The position numbers were made by a program, and so were the translations under genes. A DNA stretch of 64,000 bases from Candidatus Multivoradales bacterium (GTDB taxonomy: Bacteria; Acidobacteriota; Thermoanaerobaculia; Multivoradales; Multivoraceae), in assembly GCA_965223325.1 (NCBI GenBank), contig CBDCWI010000001.1, forward strand, positions 832,001 to 896,000, read 5' to 3'. Of the stretch, positions 20,442 through 28,965 are shown piece by piece; the first letter of the stretch is position 1, and the number at the start of each line of letters is the position of its first letter. The notes beneath the pieces were generated by a model. That model saw only the letters and a list, made by a program, of their open reading frames with translations. It was not told where the DNA came from and did not search any database.

Positions 20442-22484
20442 TCAGGCCTTGACGGAAGGCGGCGCCATGAGGTCCCGACCGACCATCTCGCGCGGCTTGC
20501 CGATCCCGAAGAACGACAGGATGGTGACCGGCAGGTCGACGATCTCGGGATCTGAAGTAGCGATCGGCTGACTCGAGAACAAGACTCCCGGTACGAGATC
20601 TTTGGCCATCGAGTGGTCGCCGGACCACGCCCAGCGGTTCAGCTCGATCAGGCTCTGGCCGGTTTCACCCAGCACCGACGCGGCCGAGTGGCGATATCCC
20701 GGGCGGTAACCCACCAGCAGCTCCGGCATGTCGGGAGTGACCGGACCGCTGTAGAGCGCATCGCGATCATAGATCTGGGCGACCGGTGCGAAGCCGGTTT
20801 CGTCATCCCGCACTGCCGCTAGGTCTTTGCGCAGCGTCGCCAGAAGGCGCTTCTCGGTCGACGAGCCGCGCTCGATGACCCCATCGCGCTCGCGCCCCTT
20901 GAGGTTGAGGTAGAGGCCGTTGAACCCCAACGCGTAGGCGTAGGTATGGGCCCAATCGATATCCAGGATCGAGGCCTCGTCTTTGTTCTTGGCGCTGTCT
21001 TTGAGCTTCAAGAGGCCCTTCTCGCGCAGCCAGGTGTTGAGGTGGAACTCTCGGCCAAACTGGGCAAAGCCGTGGTCCGAGCACACCATGAGTAGCGTGT
21101 CGTCATCTGCCGCATCGAGCACTCGCCCGACCAGCCCGTCCATCTCTTCGTAGAGATGCATCAGATAGCCGGCGAAACGCGGGTCGGCACGATCGTGCAG
21201 CGGGTGGGTCTCGTCCATGTTGCGCCACAACATGTGGGCGTCCTGATCGGTCGACGACACGTAGAAGTAGAAGAGCCCTTCCTCGAAGCGCTCCCACTCG
21301 TGCTCGAAGAGTGCCAGCCGTTCCGCCAGGATGCTCTCTGCCTGACTGACGTAGTTTTCATCGGAGAAGACACCATGGTCGAAGGCCTTGGTGTCGGCAG
21401 GAAGACCTTTGGTGTAGAAGGGGCCGATGGCGTCGGCGAGTTCGGCACCGTACTCCTCGGGCCAGGTCACCGGGGTCGCCTGCGCGGACGGGTCGATGTT
21501 GATCGGCGAAACGTAGAGCTGCAGATGTGGCCGCACACTCTTGAGCAGGAAGCGGCACATGCCGTTCGCGGTTCCAACCACCGGAATCAGTTCGAAGTCG
21601 ACCGGCACCCACTCGCTCCACTCTCCTTCACGAAGGAGCACCGTGCGCCCCGAAACGTCGATCCGCACGACGTCAGACTCGCCGTCGATGTGCACCTCGA
21701 GCGGGGTGCGCGCAAAGTCGGCATAGGGTCGGCGGTCCTTCTCGCAGTGGACCGCAAAGCTGTTCTGGGGCCCGACGAGCTCGGCACCAACGTAGCCGTC
21801 GAGCACGTCGACATAGTGCACGTAGCCGCCGCTCACATCAGGATAGTCCTCGAACGGATCAGATGTGTAGTAGTTGAAGAGCCCGTAGGCATCGGCTAGG
21901 TCGGGCGTCCCCATGCCACCGACGGCACGCGTCGCGGTTTCGTCGAGTGGGTAGTTGGTCGGGATCTTGACCACCACCGCCGGAATGCCACTCTCGGTCA
22001 ACCACGACCAGAACGGTCGCCCCCGGCGGCCACTATGCGTGTCGCCACCGCCCAGCGGCAGCTCATAGCAGCCCAACGACACGACCCGCGACGGCGGATC
22101 GGCACCGTAGATCGAAAACACCGGCAGGTACGTTTCGGGGTCCCGCATGATGAAGTCACCGATGCCATGGCCACCAGGAGTCAGGCCGGTGATGAAACTC
22201 GACCAGGCGACGGGTGAAAGCGCCGGCATCGTGGTTCCGAGCCGATGGAACGAGCCCATCCCGAGCAGCTTCTTGAAGTTCGGAGCCCGGCCAGCATCGA
22301 TCAGACCCTGGAGCAACTGTGGGTCGAGACCGTCGAGACCCAGCACCACCACCTTCTTGCCGGTACCGGTTGGCCGACGGGCACACGAGGCGAGCGATGG
22401 CCCGGTTCCGGCGACCGCCGCGCTGCCTGCGAGCAGGCGAAGGAAGTTTCGCCGATCGATCTCCTGCTGTGTTTCTCGGGTCAC
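20442..22484 (-). CDS. Alkaline phosphatase superfamily / type I phosphodiesterase, Tat-exported lipoprotein
   Basis: Tat motif RRNFL, lipobox LASC, LGLDGLD, PALSPVAWSSFITG, TDQDAH, SDHGF and WSGDH. Confidence 0.9.
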   Translation of the reverse strand: MTRETQQEIDRRNFLRLLAGSAAVAGTGPSLASCARRPTGTGKKVVVLGLDGLDPQLLQGLIDAGRAPNFKKLLGMGSFHRLGTTMPALSPVAWSSFITGLTPGGHGIGDFIMRDPETYLPVFSIYGADPPSRVVSLGCYELPLGGGDTHSGRRGRPFWSWLTESGIPAVVVKIPTNYPLDETATRAVGGMGTPDLADAYGLFNYYTSDPFEDYPDVSGGYVHYVDVLDGYVGAELVGPQNSFAVHCEKDRRPYADFARTPLEVHIDGESDVVRIDVSGRTVLLREGEWSEWVPVDFELIPVVGTANGMCRFLLKSVRPHLQLYVSPINIDPSAQATPVTWPEEYGAELADAIGPFYTKGLPADTKAFDHGVFSDENYVSQAESILAERLALFEHEWERFEEGLFYFYVSSTDQDAHMLWRNMDETHPLHDRADPRFAGYLMHLYEEMDGLVGRVLDAADDDTLLMVCSDHGFAQFGREFHLNTWLREKGLLKLKDSAKNKDEASILDIDWAHTYAYALGFNGLYLNLKGRERDGVIERGSSTEKRLLATLRKDLAAVRDDETGFAPVAQIYDRDALYSGPVTPDMPELLVGYRPGYRHSAASVLGETGQSLIELNRWAWSGDHSMAKDLVPGVLFSSQPIATSDPEIVDLPVTILSFFGIGKPREMVGRDLMAPPSVKA

Positions 22485-22508
22485 GGTTGCCTCTTCCCTG
22501 GTCGTGGC

Positions 22509-23822
22509 TCACGCGTCGTGAGCAATCTCGGGTAGCAGCTCGACGCGAACCGGCATGAGGTTCCAGGTGAACCGGCCGAGACCGTCGAGGTGCAGGGTGA
22601 GCAGTTCTTTGTGCCACTCGCCGCCCGAGTACACGTAGCGGTTGATCTCGTCGTGATCGTCGCTGGCAACGTAGAGCTCATCGGTGCCGTCGCCGTCAAG
22701 GTCTGTCAGTAAGGCCGCATGCTCGAAGCCGCCGGAGTCGGCGTCGATCAACTCCTTCTGCCACTCCCCATCGACCGAGCGCAAGAGAAACACGCCGGCC
22801 TGCTTGGCTGCCGCCACCATTTCCTTCTTGCCGTCGCCGTCGATGTCACCGGCAGTCAGAAAGCGGGTCAGCGAATCGTCGATGGTGGCGACGATCTGCC
22901 CGGCTGCAGGATCGGTATCTGCGTCGTAGCGTCGGATCTCGACCTCCCCACCCGAGACGGCCTCGATCGCGACGTAGAGTTCATCGCGACCATCACCATC
23001 GACGTCATCGACGAGGATCTCTTTGGCGTGCCGGTCGCCCATCTCCACGACGACGGTGCGTTCGCCGCCAGCCGCCGGGACGTATCGCACAACCCAGCCC
23101 TCCTGGTGCGAACCGTCCAGCTTGTTGGGCTCACTGGGCGTGGCGTAGACCTCCATCGCCCCATCGCCATCGAGGTCTCCGATCTCGACCTCGTGCACGA
23201 TGATTGCGTCGTCGCTGCTGTCGAGCAGGTCGACCTCGAAGCTGCCGTCGTCATGCGGACGCAACACGGCGACCTCGCCGCGGTCGTGGGTCGCGATGGC
23301 GATCGCCAGCGTGCCGTCGCCGTAGATGTCACCGACTTCGCCGTCTCGCATGCGAGAGAACTTGCCTCCGAAATCTTTCTGCCAGAGCGTTTCCTTCTCG
23401 CCGTTCGGACGCCACAGCTTGACCACGGCCGCGGTCCCACCGAGGGTCAAGATCCCGTCGCCGTACTCCATCGCCTTGTGGAAGACGTTGCTGTCGGAAT
23501 CTTCGAGGTAGCCGTAGTCCCAGAGCCCATCTTTCCGGGTCACCACGCCGAGCCTGGCGGGCAGGAGCTTCGGGCTGCCGTCGTCGTTCTTGTCGATCGC
23601 CGCCAGAGCGACCAACAAACCGCGGGAAAGGTCATCGGGCACGGTGGGCGATACCGCGGCGTCGGTGGAGCCGGCATCGCTCTCTTCGTTGGCAGTTTCT
23701 CCTCCGCTGCAGCTGGCCAGCAAGCCAACGAGGAGAATAGCCGTCAGGAGGAGTCGAAGAAGCGCTCGACGCTCGGGCACTGGACGATAGGAGAAGGGGT
23801 CAACGGGTTGGCTCGGGTTCAT
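22509..23822 (-). CDS. FG-GAP/VCBS repeat lipoprotein
   Basis: Lipobox LASC and five DxDGDG-type Ca-binding loops (GDIYGDG, GDLDGDG, DVDGDG, GDIDGDG, DLDGDG). Confidence 0.85.
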   Translation of the reverse strand: MNPSQPVDPFSYRPVPERRALLRLLLTAILLVGLLASCSGGETANEESDAGSTDAAVSPTVPDDLSRGLLVALAAIDKNDDGSPKLLPARLGVVTRKDGLWDYGYLEDSDSNVFHKAMEYGDGILTLGGTAAVVKLWRPNGEKETLWQKDFGGKFSRMRDGEVGDIYGDGTLAIAIATHDRGEVAVLRPHDDGSFEVDLLDSSDDAIIVHEVEIGDLDGDGAMEVYATPSEPNKLDGSHQEGWVVRYVPAAGGERTVVVEMGDRHAKEILVDDVDGDGRDELYVAIEAVSGGEVEIRRYDADTDPAAGQIVATIDDSLTRFLTAGDIDGDGKKEMVAAAKQAGVFLLRSVDGEWQKELIDADSGGFEHAALLTDLDGDGTDELYVASDDHDEINRYVYSGGEWHKELLTLHLDGLGRFTWNLMPVRVELLPEIAHDA

Positions 23823-24097
23823 GAAATCGTTCTCTCTTGGTGTTCACCCTGAACCGCTCCCCTGCTGGCAACCTGCAGGTGTGGCCGTTCGAGGCGGGTG
23901 TCGCCGCGGCAGGACTCTCGAGGGCGCAGTGGTAAAACGGCGACGGGCAGCGGGCGCGCTCGGGGCGCCAACCGGGGTGGCTGTCTCCTGGGGAGTCGAG
24001 GAGGCCTCGACGGTACTGAAGCTGTGGCGATCCTAGCAGTCTCCTCGGCCGCCGGGGCCGGATCGGCTGACACTCCACCGTGCTACCCTGCCGCGCG

Positions 24098-24688
24098 ATG
24101 TCAGCCGCCGCTTTTGCCCAGCGCCTCCACCGCCTCGGCGCCGTCCAATTCGGAGAGTTCACCCTCAAAGACGGCTCGCTATCGCCGGTCTACTGCGACC
24201 TCCGGCTACTCATCTCAGACGCGATGACCCTGCGCGCCGCCGGCGACGAATTCGCCCGCCTGCTGGCCAGCCTGCAGTTCGATCGGCTGGCAGCGATTCC
24301 CTACGCTGGACTGCCGCTGGGCACGGCCGCGGCCCTGGCAGCCGAGGTGCCACTGATCTTTCCGCGCAAGGAGAAGAAGGAGTATGGCACCGGGAAGACG
24401 ATCGAGGGGCGCTTTGCCCCTGGGGAGCGCGCCGTGGTGCTCGACGACTTGATCTCGAGCGGCAAGAGCAAGCTCGAGGCCATCGCCCCGCTCGAAGCCG
24501 CCGGGCTCGAGGTGTCCGACATCGTCGTGCTCATCGACCGCCGACCTGCCGGACCCTGCGAGGTCGAGGACGCCGGTTACGCGGTGCACGCCGCGTTCAC
24601 CCTGCCCGAGATTGCTGCCGCGCTTGCCGACGGTGGACGGATTGAGGCGAGTGAACGGCGGGCGATCGAGAAGTTCCTCGGCGGTTGA
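24098..24688 (+). CDS. pyrE: Orotate phosphoribosyltransferase
   Basis: FGEFTLKDG..SPVYCDLR, IPYAGLP, RKEKKEYG and the PRPP loop VVLDDLISSG.SK. Confidence 0.95.
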   Translation: MSAAAFAQRLHRLGAVQFGEFTLKDGSLSPVYCDLRLLISDAMTLRAAGDEFARLLASLQFDRLAAIPYAGLPLGTAAALAAEVPLIFPRKEKKEYGTGKTIEGRFAPGERAVVLDDLISSGKSKLEAIAPLEAAGLEVSDIVVLIDRRPAGPCEVEDAGYAVHAAFTLPEIAAALADGGRIEASERRAIEKFLGG

Positions 24689-24716
24689 GCCCCGGCGGGT
24701 CGACCGAACCACTTCG

Positions 24717-24991
24717 AACCGCAGCACTCGCCAGAACAGGGACGGCTCGATCTCCGTCCTTGCCGCTTTCTTTGTTGCTTCTTGTGGTTGGTGGTTGTGG
24801 TTGGTTGTTGGTGGTTCGTGGTTGGTGGTTGGTTGTTGGTGGTTCGTGGTTGGTGGTTGGTTGTTGGTTGTTGGTTGTTGGTTGTTGGTTGTTGGAGATG
24901 TTGGGGCGGGATCGGCCGTGCGGGCGGGCGATGGGCGACGGTCCAGGGCACGGCGACGCTTTTTCGGACTGCGGTGGGTAGCGCCACCTGC
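24717..24991 (+). repeat. Dispersed structured repeat element, copy A (contains heptamer expansion)
   Basis: 24735-24768 is the exact reverse complement (34/34) of 26655-26688. 24899-24991 aligns to the reverse complement of ~26542-26633 with scattered substitutions. Confidence 0.9.
24769..24898 (+). repeat. G/T-rich heptamer tandem array (TTGGTTG / TTGGTGG / TTCGTGG)n
   Basis: About 15 consecutive 7-mers, essentially A-free on the + strand, ending in five perfect TTGGTTG units. Confidence 0.95.
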
Positions 24992-25091
24992 GCTCGACGG
25001 CCGCGTATCGTTTGTCGCCTGCGATGGCAGTACTAGTTCGGCCGTCGAGGGCACCCTGGACCGTCGCCCATGCGCCCGCCCGCACTCTCGC

Positions 25092-25647
25092 GCTACAAAC
25101 ATCGTCAGCACGACAGGTGGGGACGCGGCATCTGGACGGACGGGGATCTCGCTCAGGGCGGGGGGTTGGGTGGTGGCGTGTCGGTTGGGAGAGAGCTGGG
25201 CTGTCTACCGCTGGCGAGGTCACTGAGAGAGCTACGACCATCGTCAGCACAGGAGGGGGGGCGCCGGCATCTGGACGGACGGGGATCTCGCTCAGGGCGG
25301 GGGGTTGGGTGGTGGCGTGTCGGTTGGGAGAGAGCTGGGCTGTCTACCGCTGGCGAGGTCACTGAGAGAGCTACGACCATCGTCAGCACAGGAGGGGGGG
25401 CACCGGCCTCTGGACGGACGGGGATCTCGCTCAGGGCGGGGGTTGGGTGGTGGCGTCTCGGTTGGGAGAGAGCTGGGCTGTTCGCCGCTGGCGAGGTCAC
25501 TGAGAGAGCTACGACCATCGTCAGCACAGGAGGGGGGCGCCGGCATCTGGACGGACGGGGATCTCGCTCAGGGCGGGGGTTGGGTGGTGGCGTCTCGGTT
25601 GGGAGAGAGCTGGGCTGTTCGCCGCTGGCGAGGTCACTGAGAGAGCT
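25092..25647 (+). repeat. Tandem array of 4 x ~139-bp G-rich units
   Basis: CTGGACGGACGGGGATCTCGCTCAGGGCG recurs at 25132, 25271, 25410 and 25547 (periods 139, 139, 137). Units are near-identical along their whole length. Confidence 0.97.
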
Positions 25648-25779
25648 CGATTGAGCCGGTTGGACCGGTTGCCCGGGTCGACCTACGCGGGACGGAACTA
25701 GGATCGGCCGCCGACTGATCGCCCGAGTCGAACCGCAGTGATCGCCGGACTGAAGCCGCTATTCGGCTGTATCGTGTCT

Positions 25780-26493
25780 ATGATGGCTACTGACCGGATA
25801 TCAGAGGCGCGTCAACGCGCCACGCTCCGTGCGCTGCTCGTGGCGACCCTGGAGCTCGGTCGGGTTCCGACCCGGGCCGAGCTTGGCGATCGGGTCGAAG
25901 GCACGCCGGATGCACTTCGGCGGGACCTCATCGCGCTAGCGGAAGCACACGAGGTGGTGCTGGAAGACACCCTCGAGGTGCGCATGTTGATGCCGTTCTC
26001 GGCGCGCCAGACGCAGCATGTCGTCCGCGCCTCAGGACAGAGGTGGTTCGCCAACTGCGCCTGGGATGCGTTGGGCATTCCCCAGGCACTTGCAGGGATG
26101 GGGACGGCGAAAGAGCGAACCAGTGAACCGGCGTGGCCCCTCGGCGCGGCCATCGAGACCAGCTGTCCAATCACCGGCGAGATCTTCGGAGTCGAGCGAG
26201 GAGATCCCTGGTGCGCACACTTCGCGGTTCCCGCCAGCCGCTGGTGGGAGGACATCGGCTTCACCTGAGCGACCATCCTGTTCTTCCGGTCGGAAGAAGA
26301 CGTTTCGAGATGGTGCAAGGAGCGGCGATCAGACCCCGGTGCCATTCTCGATCTAGAGACGCTCAACGACCTGGCAAGCATCTGGTGGGGAGGCCGTTTG
26401 CGTCCCGACTGGCGTCGTAGGACACTAGTCGAGGCGCAGGCAGTCTTCGAGAGTCTCGGGCTGACCTGCTCCTTCTGGGACCTCAGCGCATGA
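25780..26493 (+). CDS. merB: MerB-like organomercurial lyase, predicted selenoprotein (TGA 26266-26268 = Sec163), 237 aa
   Basis: N-terminal HTH-like region, PFS..T.H.V, NCAWDAL (catalytic C-x-x-D) and SCPITG. WWEDIGFT-TGA continues in frame as ATILFFRSEEDVSRWC...RLRPDWRRRTLVEAQAVFESLGLTCSFWDLSA to TGA 26491-26493. A SECIS-like hairpin follows the internal TGA. Confidence 0.85.
26266..26302 (+). promoter_or_regulatory. Bacterial SECIS-like stem-loop
   Basis: TGA + 12 nt + TTCTTCC-GGTC-GGAAGAA (perfect 7-bp stem 26281-26287/26292-26298, loop GGUC). The first loop G is 20 nt after UGA. Confidence 0.8.
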
Positions 26494-26541
26494 CAACGAG
26501 CAAGGACACCGGACCGTCGAGCCTAGCCTCTATCGAGGCCA

Positions 26542-26702
26542 GCGGGCGGCGCTGCCCGCGGTAGTCCGAACAAGCGTCGCCGTGCCCTGGAGCGCCGCCC
26601 ATCGCCCTCCACACGGCCGACCCTGCCCCAACACTTCCGACAACCTGAACCGAGAAGCGGCAAGGACGGAGATCGAGCCGTCCCTGTTGTGGTACTGCGG
26701 TT
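26542..26702 (-). repeat. Dispersed structured repeat element, copy B (inverted relative to copy A, no heptamer array)
   Basis: Reverse complement matches 24717-24768 and 24899-24991. Only 21 nt separate the two blocks, versus 130 nt in copy A. Confidence 0.9.
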
Positions 26703-26926
26703 GGGTCGCGAGAACTCTGAGGTGCCGGAGCTTTGCGCGCCGACTTTCGGCTGGCAAGAGAATGTGAGATTCTTCCCGTTCGCCAACCACCGACAACTCG
26801 ATCTCGCATCCAACCGGCCGCCCGCTGCCACGCGCTACCAGCGTGGAGCGCCGTTCGCCGCCCAGATGGCCTGTCGCTGAAACGACAGAGGGCCCACTGC
26901 GTACACAAGAGCGACACCCCTTCACC

Positions 26927-28150
26927 ATGGCCATGACCCAGCACACCGACTCCGAATCCCCGCGACCCAAGCTCGACCTGTCGGCGCTCTCGATGGACGA
27001 GACCGAGCGCGAACCGCCACGCCGGCGCCTGGGGCTCCTGGCCGCCATCCTCTTGCCGTTGGTTGCGATTGCCGTCCTGGTGATCCCGCGGCTCGACCTG
27101 CCGTTCCTGCTTCCCGAGGTCGAGACCACGACCGTCCAGAGCATCACCCCCACCCAAAGCCAGACAGTGCTCACCGCGACCGGCTACACCTATGCCCGCA
27201 CCCGCGCCGCCGTGGGTTCGAAGATCATTGGGCGGGTCGTTGACCTGCGGGTCGACGAAGGCGACCGCGTCAGACGCGGCGATGTGATCACGGTGCTCGA
27301 CAGCGACGACCTGCGCGCGGCGCTGCGCCAGGCGGAGGCCCGGCTCGCCGAGGCAGAGGCGCGTCTCGTTGACGCCGAGCGTGAGTTCGGCCGCCAAGAG
27401 CGTCTGGTCGACGCCGGCATCAACGCCCAAGCGGCCTACGACAGCGCCGAGACCCAGCTCGGCATCGCCCGCGCCACCGTCGACACCGCCCAGGCCGCCG
27501 TCGATTCGGTCAACGCCAACCTCGCCTACACCGTCATCCACTCACCCATCGACGGCGTCGTGATCGAACGCAACGTCGAGGTCGGCGAAATGGTGGCGCC
27601 CGGCGGCTTCACCAGCCAACAGTCGACCGGTGCCATCGTTCGCCTCGCCGACCCCCAGTCGCTCGAAGTCGAAGCCGACGTCAACGAGTCCTATGTGTCG
27701 CGGCTGGTTTCCGGCATGCCGGCGCGCATCAAGGTCGACGCGGTCCCTGACCACACCTACAACGGCGAACTGCGGCAGATCGTGCCGACGGCCGATCGCC
27801 AGCGCGCCGTGGTCGAGGTCAAGGTCACGATCGACGACCGCGACGAGCGCCTGGTGCCTGACATGAGCTGTTCGGTGACGTTTCTCGAGGAAGGCACCGA
27901 TCGCGCGGCGCTCGACGCCGAGCCACGCTTGATGGTCGCCGGTTCAGCGCTCCTCTATGAAGGGGGCGAGGTCTTTGTCTATCGGGTCACCGAAGGGCGG
28001 CTGCGCAAGGTGCGCGTCGACGTCTCGGAGGGTGACGGAGCTGCAGCCGACATGGTTCAAGTCACCGGCGGAGTCGCAGCCGGTGACGTGCTCGTGCGAC
28101 GCCCAACCGCCGAGCTGAGCGACGGTCTCGACGTGCGAGTCGCCGGGTAG
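26927..28150 (+). CDS. Efflux membrane-fusion (periplasmic adaptor) protein, MacA-like
   Basis: N-terminal TM, lipoyl-like halves [20 protein letters not shown] and [14 protein letters not shown], and a coiled-coil hairpin. Confidence 0.92.
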   Translation: MAMTQHTDSESPRPKLDLSALSMDETEREPPRRRLGLLAAILLPLVAIAVLVIPRLDLPFLLPEVETTTVQSITPTQSQTVLTATGYTYARTRAAVGSKIIGRVVDLRVDEGDRVRRGDVITVLDSDDLRAALRQAEARLAEAEARLVDAEREFGRQERLVDAGINAQAAYDSAETQLGIARATVDTAQAAVDSVNANLAYTVIHSPIDGVVIERNVEVGEMVAPGGFTSQQSTGAIVRLADPQSLEVEADVNESYVSRLVSGMPARIKVDAVPDHTYNGELRQIVPTADRQRAVVEVKVTIDDRDERLVPDMSCSVTFLEEGTDRAALDAEPRLMVAGSALLYEGGEVFVYRVTEGRLRKVRVDVSEGDGAAADMVQVTGGVAAGDVLVRRPTAELSDGLDVRVAG

Positions 28151-28227
28151 CACGCCCCGCAGAGCATCGCCGGCGGTATGGTCAAGAGAACCCCACGAAG
28201 AGTGAACGTCTTTCCAGGAGAGACCGT

Positions 28228-28965
28228 ATGTCTGAAGCCAATAGCCCGCTCGTCCACGTCGAGAACGTCGTCAAGACCTACGAGCGCGATTCATTCGAGA
28301 TCAAGGTACTCGATGGTCTCTCGCTGGTCGCCAATGAAGGTGAGTTCCTGGCGCTCATGGGGCCCTCGGGCTCCGGCAAGAGCACGCTGCTCAACCTGTT
28401 GGCCGGCATCGACCGTCCTACCTCCGGCAAGATCCGCGTTGCAGGCCAGGACGTCACCAGCCTCAGCGAGTCTCAGATGGCACGCTGGCGACAGCGCCAC
28501 ATCGGCTTCATCTTCCAGTTCTACAACCTGGTACCAGTGCTCAACGCGTTCGAGAACGTCGAGCTCCCGCTCACCCTGACCCGGCTGGGAAAGGCCGAGC
28601 GCAGGAAGAAGGTCGAGGTGGCGCTCGAGGTCGTTGGCCTCGCGGACCGCATGACGCACTATCCGCGCCAGCTTTCGGGCGGCCAGGAACAGCGCGTCGC
28701 CATCGCCCGCGCCATCGTCACCGACCCGACCCTCTTGCTCGCCGACGAACCCACCGGCGACCTCGACGCCGAGTCCGCAACCGAGATCCTCGACCTCCTC
28801 GGAGCCTTGAACAGCGACTACGGCAAGACCATTCTGATGGTCACCCACGACCCGCGCGCCGCCCAGCGCGCCTCGCGCCAGATCCGCCTCGACAAGGGGC
28901 GCCTGATCGATGGCCAGGACCACGTCGACGCTGCGGTCACGGCCGCCGAGGAGGTCTCTGCATGA
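28228..28965 (+). CDS. ABC transporter ATP-binding protein (MacB/LolD type)
   Basis: [29 protein letters not shown] and VTHD. Confidence 0.96.
   Translation: MSEANSPLVHVENVVKTYERDSFEIKVLDGLSLVANEGEFLALMGPSGSGKSTLLNLLAGIDRPTSGKIRVAGQDVTSLSESQMARWRQRHIGFIFQFYNLVPVLNAFENVELPLTLTRLGKAERRKKVEVALEVVGLADRMTHYPRQLSGGQEQRVAIARAIVTDPTLLLADEPTGDLDAESATEILDLLGALNSDYGKTILMVTHDPRAAQRASRQIRLDKGRLIDGQDHVDAAVTAAEEVSA

Noticed and set aside
25092-25647. CRISPR array
   Set aside because: Units are near-identical over the whole 139 bp with no unique spacers, and no cas genes are in the window.
24577-25654. ORFs over the repeat region (QQPTTNN-type, WLVVGC-type and repeated 46-aa peptides)
   Set aside because: These are translation by-products of the 7-bp and 139-bp repeats. 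The period breaks frame and there is no RBS or family motif.
25738-26268. MerB-like gene as a 176-aa truncated protein or nonsense pseudogene
   Set aside because: The TGA falls at the expected catalytic Cys, is followed by a SECIS-like hairpin and an intact in-frame C-terminus, so Sec recoding explains it better (pending a selABCD check).
24689-26720. Autonomous transposon or IS
   Set aside because: No transposase, integrase or resolvase ORF and no identifiable target-site duplication; kept only as a non-autonomous hypothesis.
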